The notes under the pieces are model-generated. The model was not told the DNA's origin. It ran no database searches and saw only the letters and a list, made by a program, of their open reading frames with translations. Both the position numbers and the translations under genes were made by a program. This document shows positions 1 to 11,427 of a DNA stretch of 64,000 nt, in pieces. How positions within the stretch are numbered: the first letter of the stretch is position 1; every line of letters begins with the position of its first letter. Source of the DNA: Octopus sinensis (lineage: Eukaryota); NCBI RefSeq assembly GCF_006345805.1, contig NC_043009.1, forward strand, positions 44,268,001 through 44,332,000, written 5' to 3'.

Positions 1-390
1 AGAAGAGAGAGTGATGAGAGGGTGATAGAAGAGAGAATGAGGGATGAGAGATAGGTGGGAAGGAGAATGGATGATAGAAAAGAGGAAAGTGCAAATAAGA
101 GAGAGTGGGTGACAGATGTCAAAAATGAGTGCTAGAGGAGGGAGTAATGTGCAAGAAGATGATGGGTAGTGGTGAGAGAATGGGTGTAATAGATGTCAGT
201 AATGAAAGATTGGGGTGAGGGTAAAGGGTGGAATTGAATATGGACATGGATTATGAAACACTATCTTTTATTTATTTTATTTTTACACAAGTGAGTGAGA
301 GGTAGGAAAGAGAGTAGCGTTTGAGAGGCACATAGAAAAAAGATTTAGTGAATGATAGATGAGAAGGAGAGAGAGAGAGAGAGAGAGCAG
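1..390 (+). repeat. Degenerate GA-rich low-complexity tract ending in (GA)n
   Basis: Almost only purines plus T on + strand; (GA)n at ~367-387. Confidence 0.8.
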
Positions 391-870
391 TATATGGAGA
401 CTTCATGTGATGGTACTAATTGGAAGAGATCCAAAAGTTGATCTTATTTATGTTTGGATCTCTCTCTTACTAATATGTTTATACTTGCTTTGCTGTAAAA
501 TAGGTACCACAACTACATAGGAATAACTCGGTGTTACAAAGAGAAATAGTACTTAATAATTAGCAAATGGTTCATTAGCGTGTGTTGTTCAATCCCCACT
601 AGTTTCTTCATCTCAAAGTTATTAAAGTCTACTGCCAAGTGATGGATATTTTTGATTACAAATAATGGAGCAATTCACTCAGTTGTTTGACAGCGACCTG
701 ATTAACCAAAGATTTAATCAAGCACAAGCAACCTTTTTTGTGAAGTGGGCTGCTTGGGGCATGGCTCATCATGCAGGTCACACTATTAAAAACAAAAAAT
801 GGTAATTTTTCGTTAAGTGTTCCGTTGAGAAAGTCATGCAGACTGCAGGTTTCACATGACTGATTTAAAA

Positions 871-1096
871 CCCTGTAGCAGTCAGATCACTCTGTCAAAT
901 GTAATGCTTATTTATTCGCATTGTTTTGAATTAATCATGCATTAATCTTGTAGCCTTGAGATTTCAATGATGTGATTGCTTATTTTTACATTGACATAGT
1001 TAGTTAGGTAGGTGGGAGAAGTCTGATCTGACCAGCTTGAACATAAAACAGGTAGAATATATTGGTCCAGATATGACCAGTTTAAATGCCAAAGGG
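871..1096 (+). mobile_element. piggyBac-like MITE, family P
   Basis: Ends CCCTGTAGCA...TGCCAAAGGG, right flank TTAA (1097-1100); same body as the copies at 7824, 17782 and 28307. Confidence 0.8.
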
Positions 1097-1175
1097 TTAA
1101 ATCATTAGTCCTAGCTGGTTGGATCAATTGGACGTCAACTTATCGCTTGGGTTGGTGGCTTGGATTTTCTTACAG

Positions 1176-1236
1176 ATACTTCTTCAGATTTATAAACTTA
1201 AAATGGCTTCAGTCTTCAAACAAGTACATTTTCAAG
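1176..1236 (+). other. Candidate 61-nt exon (unverified)
   Basis: Acceptor ggattttcttacag, donor AAG|gtaact; two of three frames open; ATG at 1203 in AAAATGG context (MASVFKQVHFQ). Confidence 0.25.
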
Positions 1237-2699
1237 GTAACTAGTTATATTTATGTTGCTATACAGACATTACATAGCTTACAGTCCCTTCAGATTTATT
1301 AATCACTGTCATTGTCATACAGCATACATCCATTTTTATGTTTGCATAAATTGGGCAAGTCTTCTCCAACATATTCTTTTTTTTTATCTTCTTTCACTTG
1401 TTTCAGTCATAGAACTGTGGCCTTGCTGGGGCTCCACTATGAAGTGTTTAGTTGAACAAATCACTCTTTCCACTACTAATGCCTTGGTTCACACTTGATC
1501 ATTACTTTGCAATATGAAACATCCCATGCCTCTGATCCTCTTCCCATATAACATTGGCAAACCTCTTGCTTTTGTTTTCCCTCCATGTTACGTACCCCTG
1601 ACATCTATCACTTCTTCTAGTAATCTCATACTTTACCTTACTCCTCTCTTTTCCTCAGTCTTACCAAGCCCGTTTCTTAGATTTTTATGCTCCTTTCTAT
1701 TGTACTATTTTCACACTGTGTCACTGATAAAACCATATGGTCTTCTAATTTCATATCAATATTATTAATAATCCTATCCAGTCAGTTCTTGTGAATCATT
1801 ACAACTTGGAACTATCAAAATCTATTAACCATATTAAACTTTGATGTGAAGGGCAACCTGAGTAAAGACAGCGTTGCTTTTACTTGCTCCTGAGGTGTTT
1901 GCTTGACTGCTTTTGTTATCCTTTTAACTTCACTTCTACATGAAACTAATTTAATTATTTCCACCTCTACTAGAACTACCATCTTAGTTATTTATGTAAA
2001 AAAAGAACTAGGAATCTGTTTAGATACCACTCATATCTTACCATTAAGACATTGGTCAGCTAACTACACAAGCAAACCCTGGCAAGAGCTAGTTTGTGTA
2101 CCATTACTAGCTCTACTTCTCTGCTGAAATAGAACAGGTACCATCATAAGATGTAGAAATAAGACTCAATTTAGGAAAACAAAAGTTCTCCCAAACTCTT
2201 TGATCTTTTATGTTTCTCAGCTTCCAAAGTGCATCAGTTCTGATGATTCATAAACTTATGACTCAGTTTTATTAAATATATTGACTAATTCACAATATTA
2301 ATACAAGAGAAGTAGTATTTTGGACAGCCAAATGCCTGGCTGTTGTTTACTATTTCTAAAGAATTAAGTTATTTTGGAGTGTGTTGATGAGATGCCAGGT
2401 GTTCACTTGTTTTCAAAACAGACCTTTTATTTGTTGAGAAATTGGTGCATGAAGAATTTTGGATTACATCCACCTCTCAGATCACTTCTAGAAGATAAGA
2501 GCTGTTGATTACTTCAAAGCAGAAACATGATCTAGCTTTTAATGTTGTTGTTGTTGTACATTGTAGACTATAGTCTTTGACAATCATTAGGTTTAGCTTG
2601 GATTTATAGGAACAGAGAAATAACAGAATGACAACTAAATATGTTTGTTGAGCTTTTTATTTAAACCAAGTTGTAAAATAATAATGAACTTGGAGGGCA

Positions 2700-2827
2700 C
2701 CCAACCACATGGTTCTGAGTTCAGTCCCACTGCGTGGCAGCTTGGGCAAGTGTCTTCTACTCTAGCTTTGGGCTGAATAAAGCCTTATGAATGGATTTGG
2801 TAGCTGGAAACTGAAAGATCATCATCA

Positions 2828-2882
<55 letters not shown>

Positions 2883-3120
2883 ATATATATATATATATCT
2901 GTGTGTCTTTGGTTCTCTGTTTGTCCCCTCCACTGCTTCACAACTAATGTTGATGTGTTCACGTTTCTGTAACTTAACAGATTGGCAAAAGAGGCCGATA
3001 GAATAAATATTAGGCTTAAAAAGAAAGTAAATATCGGGTTCAGTTCATTCAACTAAAAGTTCTACAAGATGGTGCCCCAGCAAGGCCTCAGTCTAATGAC
3101 TGAAACAAAAGATAAAAGAT
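2700..3120 (+). mobile_element. SINE family A (tRNA head, CORE-like box, internal microsatellite), 5'-truncated
   Basis: CCAACCACATGGTTCTGAGTTCAGTCCCACTGCGTGG head, TTGGGCAAGTGTCTT box, (CTAT)n/(AT)n linker at 2828-2897, GACTGAAACAAAAGATAAAAG tail. Confidence 0.85.
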
Positions 3121-3484
3121 TTGTTCCTCTTTTTTTTTTGTCTGTTTTCTTTTTGATTTCCAGTTATCAGCTGTCCATCCATTTATCCATTTTTCAAGTG
3201 GACTAAAAGTTTTCTCTACCCTGTATCAGTTTTTATTTTCTGAGTTACTGCTCTCTTAGATGGGTTGCCTTCTTCATGACTTGCAAAGATTAGAGCTCTT
3301 ATATTCTCTGCCCTTTTTTTCACTTTTTTATTTATTATATGCTGTTTTTTACTGTTGGATGTTCTTCGTTCACCAACCACTTTAGAATGAGGACTGCTGG
3401 GTAGATTTTATCACACCTCCAACAGTAAAGAAATTGCCTGCAACATGACTAAAGTCCTTTCTACCCTATCCCAGTTTTTAATCA

Positions 3485-4177
3485 CTAGCTGAGGTACCTG
3501 GTAAAAAATTACCATTAATAAGATGTTTGTTTATAGCCATGAAAAATGTTTCATCAAATTTCGACATTTTTCAGAAAATTAAAATCTATATTAATGGGTA
3601 GGACCAATTTAACGAAAAAATGAGCAGAGTCTGGTAGTGAACCCGTGTCGTTTTCATTTTTGTGGATGTGTGTAAATTGGCAGAATTTTACGCTTTGGGG
3701 CAGATTTTGTCAAGTTGATGTCACGATGGCTAGTGTGCAAAATGCCTAAATTTTGCTTGAGAAATAAAATGGTCTTACCTAATCAAAACTTGAAACGCTG
3801 TGGAATTAAAACAATGAATTGAAATAATAAGTTTTAGCAAATCAAAACAATTCACATTGGAATGCAGAATTAGCAAATGCTAAATAGATCACCGTTAATA
3901 AGATGTCTGTTGATAGTCATGGAACATTATTCGTCAAATTTTGGCATTTTTCATCAAATTGATGTCATGATGGCTAGTCCGAAAATGCCTAAATTTTAAG
4001 GTTTTTGAAAAATCAGTGCTGATTAAAAATCGATTTAAAAAAAATTCTAAGTGCATAAGTGACCACATAGGCATAAGCCCCCCACACATCAACTTTCATG
4101 AAGGTCTGTTGGATAGCCTCGGAGGAGCAAAAGTAACAAATTCACAAACACATAAACTTTCCATTTATTATAGTAGA
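3485..4177 (-). mobile_element. Non-autonomous Helitron-like element
   Basis: On - strand starts A|TCTACTATAATAAA and ends CAGCTAG|T (AT target, no TSD); hairpin TGGTAA-AAAA-TTACCA 10 nt from the 3' end; internal direct repeats ~3507-3580/3888-3960 and ~3711-3755/3955-3998. Confidence 0.65.
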
Positions 4178-4744
4178 TACCATTAGATTGATAGATTTTT
4201 ATTGGGTGTGAAACCAGTATATTGTAGGTTAGAGGAACAGTCAATTTCACCACTATTTATTCTCTCAGTGGGCATAAAGCCTATATATTCTAGGGTAGAT
4301 GAACACTTAATTCAATCAGCTTCACTATTTTACTGCTATTTATTCTGTCAATCCTAAGTTTAAATTAGATATATTTACATAATTTTAAATAAATGCCTGC
4401 TTTACCTTTTTGTAGAATAGTTTCTACCAATCTGATGAATGCAGTGTTTCCTATAAAATGTTCTCCCAGTTATGTCTACAGGTAGAATGTTATTTGGAAA
4501 GACTGGTTTTGTTCATCCTTTGACTTTTGCTGCTAACTAGTACCACACTGTAATGACCTGAACAAAGTATTTCAGTTAATAACAAAAGCTTTTTTAAAAA
4601 AAAAGATGAAAAAAATCAGTTGAAAGAATTTATGAAAAATAACCTTATTGTAAATTTAATTTTGTTTTCTTCTCAATTTCTTCTCTAACATGTCTCCCAT
4701 TAGTATTTTTCATTGCTATATTTTTGTTTTCTGTTTTTAGAAAT

Positions 4745-5060
4745 GAACTTTTAATTAATTTGTTTTTTAGTTGAAATAAGTACCAGTCATGTATTGGAGT
4801 CGGTCTTCAATCACTATACCATCCTCCTAAAATTTGTGCCTTTGTGCTTATTTTTAGAAATTGTTGTTGGCAAAGCGGCAGAATGGCTAATGCATTGGGA
4901 AACATGCTTAGGAGCTTTCCTGGTTTTAAAATCTGAGTTCAAATTCTACTAAGATTGATTTTGCTGTCATCTTTTGGGGTCAGTAAAATAAGTACTAGTT
5001 AAGCATTGGGATTGGTGTAATTGACCCACCCCTCCCCAAATTGTGCCTGTAATAGAAAGC
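4745..5060 (+). mobile_element. Two head-to-tail decayed SINE-B units
   Basis: AAATAAGTACCAGT...TTGTGCC tail motif twice; CTGAGTTCAAATTC B-box-like motif at ~4934. Confidence 0.65.
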
Positions 5061-5777
5061 ATTATTTAGTATATATCTAAAAAAAATTATATAAAGTACA
5101 CACCCATGCATGCCTGCATACAGTGAAAATCACTATGATTACTTTGGGACAAAGCCGTTTCAGTAATAACAACTGTCTGATAGCATTAAGTGAAGAAAGA
5201 ATTTGGAAATCCCCAGTTTTTATAACATTATCTGTGATTGTAAGTAGCAGCTTCCATTGCGCGTGTGTGTATTGAAGTCAATACATCAGACACAATAGGA
5301 AGAGAGATGTTAGACATTTGTCATTTTAAATACACCCAAGCATAAGTGCACTTATACGCTCATGCACACACTTGTATAAGAGTCACATATAGTTTACAGA
5401 GATGAGTAAGTCAAAGTGACATATAATGAAAAAAAAAAAAGAAAAAGAAAAAAGGACCTGATTTATTTCTGGACAGCTGTATGTCTTTGTGTGCATACAT
5501 ATGTGAGGGTGTATGTATGTGTATTAGTGTCTGAACCTGTGTTTTATAACCTATTTTCCTTTGGGCCCCACTATAACTTTCCAGAAAAAAAATGTGTGCT
5601 CTACCAGTGGCATATATAAAAAGATAAATAATTCATCGACTTCTTATAATTATGTACTTTCCTTAAAGAAATATCCACACTAGGCTATACCATAACAAAC
5701 AGTCTTCACATAGTATGCTCCACTGGAGGGATTGGTTTGACTAGGCTGAGTATCGGTGTAATATGTTTGCTGTGAAA

Positions 5778-5990
5778 GGCGGCAAGTTGGCAGAAACATT
5801 AGCACACCGGGTGAAATGCTCAGTGGTATTTCGTCTGTCTTTATATTCTGTGTTCAAATTCCACTGAGGTCAACTTTACCTTTGATCCTTTCGGGGTTGA
5901 TAAATTAAGTACCAGTTGCATACTGGGGTCGATCTAATCGACTGGCTCCTCTCCAAAAATTTCGGGCCTTGTACCTAGAGTAGAAAAGAG
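5778..5990 (+). mobile_element. Complete SINE family B with 16-bp TSD
   Basis: Perfect TSD TATGTTTGCTGTGAAA at 5762-5777 and 5991-6006; head GGCGGCAAGTTGGCAGAA, B-box-like GTTCAAATTCC. Confidence 0.9.
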
Positions 5991-6240
5991 TATGTTTGCT
6001 GTGAAAAAAAAACATACAAAAACTTTTCAAAAACTTTCCATGTCCCTCAACAAAAAAAGAAAAGTATCTTGGATCCTACACTTCACTACAATTTTCCCGG
6101 GCCCCACATTTGGAATTTGTCTACATGTATGCCTGAGTGCACACAGTCATGTGCATTCATTGTCAGTAATACATTCCAAAACCACCTTTCTAATCATGTT
6201 GTGTGTGTGTATATGTATGTATGTATGTGTGTATATATAC

Positions 6241-6600
6241 TGGTGCCATGTAACAGGCACCTGTGCCGATGGCATGTAAAAAGCACCTTTCACATGTTGG
6301 GCCTCATGGAGGTGATAAGAGACTGAGACCTTTGGGGATATACTGTGCTTGAGAAAACTTGTCAAGCCAAGTGAAATCATAGTTGTGGCTAACGCTGGTG
6401 CCATGTAACTGGCACATAAAAAGCACCCTTTACACTCTTGGAGTGATTAACGTTAGGAAGGGCATCTGGCCATAGAAACAATGCCAAATTAGATTGGAAC
6501 CTGGTGCCACTTTCCAGCGTATTTACTGAAATACCAGTTTCAGTAAAACTGTCTAACCCATGCCAGCATGGACAACAGGCACTACATGATGATGATGATA
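6241..6600 (+). mobile_element. RTE-clade LINE 3' end (family C): ORF terminus plus 3' UTR with (GAT)n tail
   Basis: 6291-6383 translates HMLGLMEVIRD*DLWGYTVLEKTCQAK*; UTR contains TTAGGAAGGGCATC and CCCATGCCAGCATGG; tail GATGATGATG. Confidence 0.75.
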
Positions 6601-7078
6601 TATATATATATATACACACACACACATATATATAAAATTAATTAGCAGAAGTATTACATCTCTAAACTACCTGACTTTAATTATTTATTTTTAGACTTTT
6701 TACTCTGTATTCCAATTTCAAATACTGCCAATGCAGACTTTCCTCATGGGTCCATCAAATATAATCTTGAATTTGTATTAGAAATATATATAGCCCATGG
6801 AAATATATATAGGCCATGGAAACCGTATGAATCCATACGGCTCATGGAGGATGCTTTATCCTTTCCTAATCCAAGTACACAGGTATGTAGGTATGTAGAT
6901 TAGTAAGTAAATAGGTTGTATAGACAGGCATACACATACACACAAATGCACATAGCCATACACACACTATGCTTTCTTGACAAACACATCATACATAATT
7001 ATTACTAATTTGAGGGCAGGACATGCTTGAAAATTCTATGTTTTTACAAACAATCTTAGATCTTTGTAACATTGATTC

Positions 7079-7200
7079 ATCTTCATCATCATCATTTAAC
7101 ATCTGTTTTCATGCTGGCAACTTGGAGACCTGTACCAGGCACAGGCCTGTTTTGACTTGGTTTCTCCAGCTGGTTGCTCTTCCTAATACCAACCACTTTG
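7079..7200 (-). mobile_element. Family C (RTE 3' UTR) fragment
   Basis: CATCATCATCATTTAACATCTGTTTTCATGCTGGC ... CTTCCTAATACCAACCAC. Confidence 0.7.
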
Positions 7201-7544
7201 GTTTCATTGCACAATTAAACCTAACACTCAAGCACATACTGTGACAATATTATCAAAGATGTGGACATTATCTTCAAACCTCCTGTTGTTTGTCAAATCT
7301 TGTCTTATTAATCGTTAATTGTTGGGTTTTTTTTCATTAAGTTGAAGTTTGTTTTACTTTCTTTTTAATTATAACCACAAAAGTTATTTATTCACATTCA
7401 TTTATTCAGAGAAGTCACAACTCGTTACTTTACAAACATAAAGGGTCTGGATTATGTATTTGATTTAAATATTAGTAATGTTTTTTTTCTAATTTTTAAA
7501 ATTTAAGTTGTGGAGAAGTCAATTCATGGTTTTAACCTTTGTAT

Positions 7545-7720
7545 TCCTGCACTTTTGATGTCCCTGGTCAATCCTGATTGAGCAAACCCCTGACTAAAGA
7601 CATTTCCATCTTAGACTATTCTGTTTTGGAGTTTCTTGAGCTACATTGGTGTGATTTGTGAGTGATTTAACTGCTCATGCCTCACAGGTCACATGACTAC
7701 ATAAAGGCTCTCCTGTTTGC
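7545..7720 (-). mobile_element. Decayed SINE-like family D
   Basis: CCTGATTGAGCA tail motif and CAGGTCACATGACTACATAAAGGCTC head motif, shared with the copies at 9020 and 45420. Confidence 0.5.
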
Positions 7721-7823
7721 TATACAGCAAGATTGTACCCTCGGTAAAATGCCGACCCAGTAAATGATATAACTTGCACTTTTACTTAAGCTATATCGTC
7801 CAAAGTTTTGACTAAAGCTTTAA

Positions 7824-8025
7824 CTCTTTAGCATTCAGATTACTCTGTCAAATGTAATGTTTGTTTATTCACATTATTTTGAATTAATTAGACATTATCT
7901 TGTAGCTTCAAAATTTCAATGATTTGATTATTTTAGAATGACATTATAGGGTAGGTGTGTAAGGCTGGATGTGATGGAACAAGTGGAATATTTGGGTTGG
8001 AATGGTCAGTTTAAATGCTAAAAGG
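7824..8025 (+). mobile_element. piggyBac-like MITE, family P
   Basis: TTAA|CTCTTTAGCATTCAG ... AATGCTAAAAGG|TTAC. Confidence 0.8.
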
Positions 8026-8714
8026 TTACCCAATTAGCATCTGCAGATAATTATTTGAACAATTGGTAACAGTCTTCTTCATATTATTGCTTTAAAAAAG
8101 TACATGTTCTTACCCTTCACTTAGAGTTGGGAGAAAAAAAAAAGGACAGTTTACTTGCCAATAATGTAGTGTAAATCTACCTAAAGATCTAGTCTTCATT
8201 GATGCAGTAAAATTACCATCATTATTGTATGTCTGCATACCATGCAGGTATGGCTTAGTATGGTTTTCATGGTCAAAGTTAATTCATATTTGGAGTTACT
8301 GCCCTTGTAGATAAGTCAGTAACTACATCCTGTTCATATGTTCCATTTTCAGCATGGTTTCTACAACTCTGTCCCCTTCATATAACCAACCACTTTACTG
8401 AGTGTATTAGGTATGTTTTAATTATGGCACCAGCATTAAAGAGGTTGCCATTTCCTGGATAAGACTAAAGAGTCCTCTCAACATTGTTTCCATTTGTTGA
8501 CCACTCACCTTATTGAATGTGTAAGGTGCATTTTTTTTTAGTGGTACTTTATAAGTTACCCCCTCCATTCTACTCTGCAGTGTTATAGAGTCCTCACTGC
8601 ATTATGTTGTTTCTGTTGAAGGCAGTATTAGGGAGAGAGTAAAAGAAAAAAAATTTGAAGAGTGAGAAGTTGGTGAGTAATAATAGAAGAGGAATTAACC
8701 ATGCATTTTAAAAA

Positions 8715-8832
8715 TTAATCCAGCATTATCTTGTAGCTTCAAAATTGCGATGGTGTGGTTGTTTATTTTTAGAATGACATTGCAGGGTAGGTGTGAGAGA
8801 CTGGACCTGGCCAGTTTAAATGCCAAAGTGTT
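8715..8832 (+). mobile_element. Family P MITE, 3' half
   Basis: TTATCTTGTAGCTTC...GGGTAGGTGTGAGA...TTTAAATGCCAAAGTG. Confidence 0.7.
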
Positions 8833-8891
8833 AGAGTCTACCTCTTCAGTTGCTTCCATTTTGAAGGATTCAGTTTTAATTTTGATTTTGT

Positions 8892-9008
8892 CATCATGAT
8901 CATCATCATATGTCCACGTTTGACTGGAACTAGCAAGCCAGAGAGCTGCACCAGGTTCCAGTCTGAATTTGGCTTGGTTTCTATGACTAGATGCCTTTCC
9001 TAATGTCA
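8892..9008 (-). mobile_element. Family C fragment
   Basis: GCTGCACCAGG...GTTTCTATGACTAGATGCCTTTCCTAATG. Confidence 0.7.
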
Positions 9009-9019
9009 CACACACACAC

Positions 9020-9205
9020 ATATAATGTTGTTTCTAATCCAAGGTCATCTAAGATATTCCAGCGGTAACTAGCCTGTCTTTTTCAGGGTGTATTGTAGAC
9101 TATACATTATCTAATGTGTGCTTTTCTTTTTTAAGAGGTTGATGCTGATTTGGCTGCTATTTCTAGCAAGTCGAGTGACTGCAGAGAGGCTTCCTCTTTG
9201 GCTTA
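9020..9205 (-). mobile_element. SINE-like family D
   Basis: GATTTGGCTGCTATTTCTAGCAAGTCGAGTGACTGCAGAGAGGCTTCCTCTTTGGCT motif, recurring at 16440, 45540 and 56810. Confidence 0.65.
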
Positions 9206-9498
9206 GTGCATGTTTTTTTTATTTAAGTTTGTTGTGATCAGTTCTTGGCTGTGATGTAGATTATTTGATGAATTTCTATGTTAATTTTTACATCATCTTT
9301 TGGCAATGGTGGCGCTGGGTGCAATAAAATAAAGTACCGGTGAAGTACAGGGTTGATGTAATTGACTTTCCTTGTCTCCTCACAAAATTGCTCAACTTGT
9401 GCCAAAATTAGAAACAATTATTTTTTTTTTTTATTCTTTTGTTTTGTTGTTTGTGTCTCTGTTTCAAGTATCAACTTCTCACTTGTTCTCTAATATAT

Positions 9499-9841
9499 AT
9501 AACATAAGGGACTAAAGCCATCTGAATATGGCTAGGAACAGGGCAGGGTGGTGGGGGTGTTACTGTTGCATTTAGCCCCAGGCGAACATCGACGTCGCTA
9601 GATAGGCTTGACACCGTCACGGTGTCCTTTAACCTGCAAAGGGAGATAATTCCCCGATGAAGCGGAAACCACACACGCTTCATCGGGGAATTATCTCCCT
9701 TTGCAGGTTAAAGGACACCGTGACGGTGTCAAGCCTATCTAGCGACGTCGATGTTCGCCTGGGGCTAAATGCAACAGTAATACTCCCACCACCCTGCCCT
9801 GTCCCTAGCCATATTCAGATGGCTTTAGTCCCTTATGTTAT
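9499..9841. repeat. Near-perfect fold-back inverted repeat, 166-bp arms, 11-nt spacer
   Basis: 9499-9664 is the reverse complement of 9676-9841 with 3 mismatches (9537/9803, 9556/9784, 9559/9781); spacer GAAACCACACA. Confidence 0.98.
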
Positions 9842-11427
9842 CGAGCAGTTACTGTCTATATCTCTTTTAAAGAATTATTATTGCTATATATATATATATA
9901 TATATATTGTCAATTGTATCTGAACTCTTTCTTGCCACTCATGACAGTGGTCAGAAATAAACATTTGTCTTCATCAAAGCAGACTTCAGGTTGATATTTC
10001 CAGGTTTTATGCAGCACTTTATATACATATGTGTTTGCGTATGTATATGTATACACACACTTGTACTTATTGTCAGTTATGATGACACATTTCATTATCT
10101 TACATAGAAGGTAAATCTATAACAAGATTACCAAATGAATGGAGATTATGAAACAATTGTTTCTATTTAATTGTATGTGGAATCTTTACTTCTAAGTATT
10201 TGTTGTTTTATACAAAGATTGTTATATGTTTGCTGCTGTAAACATGTATTGGGAGAGTCCATTTCTAAACTGCATCACTTTTATTGTATAAATTTCCACT
10301 GTTCACACACACACAGATAATGTGGAGTGATTATTTTTGTAAAGGTTGCCTGGTCGTTTTGTTCTGTTTTACTTAAAATGCTGTGCAGTAGTGTCACCTA
10401 ATTCCTGAAGCTCTGTTCTTTGTCCTTGTTATTACATTGTGCCTTTCTTTGACTGTCATTGTTGAATTTACGCCTAGTTTTCTTGCATTCCAAATTGTAC
10501 TGTGTCCCAAAATGCAACCCCCCACAACGAAGATATTATCTATGCTAACTTTATGGTCTATTAATTAATTTAGGAGTTGAGGTTTAGTTTTGCAAAGTGC
10601 AGTGACTTTTTTAAAATGTGTTTTGAACTCAACAAGGCATCATTATCACCATCATCATCATCAATATTAGCTGCTAAAAAAAAGGTTAAAATGCATGTCA
10701 CTGTAAGTTGCTTTAACTGCTAATTCAATAACCAAAACCACTCTCTCAGTGTTTCTGTCCATTTTGAGATCTGATTTCCCAAACTTTGGAACTACAACCT
10801 TGCCTAGGAAGTTAACTGGGCTCTTGTATTATTTGTTGGTCCTGACAGAACAAGTCAAATTTAGTTTGTGTAATTATAGTTGTTCTATTAGCTACACTGT
10901 TGACCTTTGTGATTGTCTGTCTGCTTCAAAGCTAATTGGAACTGGTAAATTAATAAGAATAACAACTAGAAAAATGGTTTATGGTCATTTATTTTTGGGA
11001 GTTGGTAATAATAACAGTAAACCAAAATATTTACTGTATTCAACACACTGAGACACTGTTACAACTAAATCTGATAGGACTGAATACTAAGGGCTGTAGC
11101 GAGAATTCATTAGAATATTTAGGTAATTTTATTTTTATTACTAACAGTTTCCTGACAATACTTCTTACAAAATACACTATACATTACTGTTAATTTTAAA
11201 ATTAAAAATTTGGAGGGATTTAGTAAAAATGACTACAGAGATGCTTCTTCTTTGGTTTAGTGCATGTTTTTTTTTTAGTTCTTGCCTATGAAGTAGATTA
11301 TTTGAGGAATTTTTACATTATGTATGGAAGGTACATGTTTCAATGATGGAAGGTTTTAATTTCAATATAGACTTTATAGTATTCAAGTATTATAGTATCA
11401 ATTACAATATAGACTTTATAGTATTCA

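Noticed and set aside
7689-7760. Apparent exon after CCTCACAG acceptor (SHDYIKALLFAIQQD..)
   Set aside because: Overlaps a decayed SINE-D head; the splice-like signal is repeat-derived
9654-9672. CCGATGAAGCGGAAAC resembling a hammerhead core in the fold-back apex
   Set aside because: Core is CCGAUGA, not CUGANGA, and there is no stem II pair between the motifs
9471-9923. Two ORFs (9471-9683 -, 9657-9923 +) encoding the same peptide LHRGIISLCRLKDTVTVSS..
   Set aside because: The identity follows trivially from the inverted repeat; no recognisable domain, and the + ORF runs into an (AT)n microsatellite
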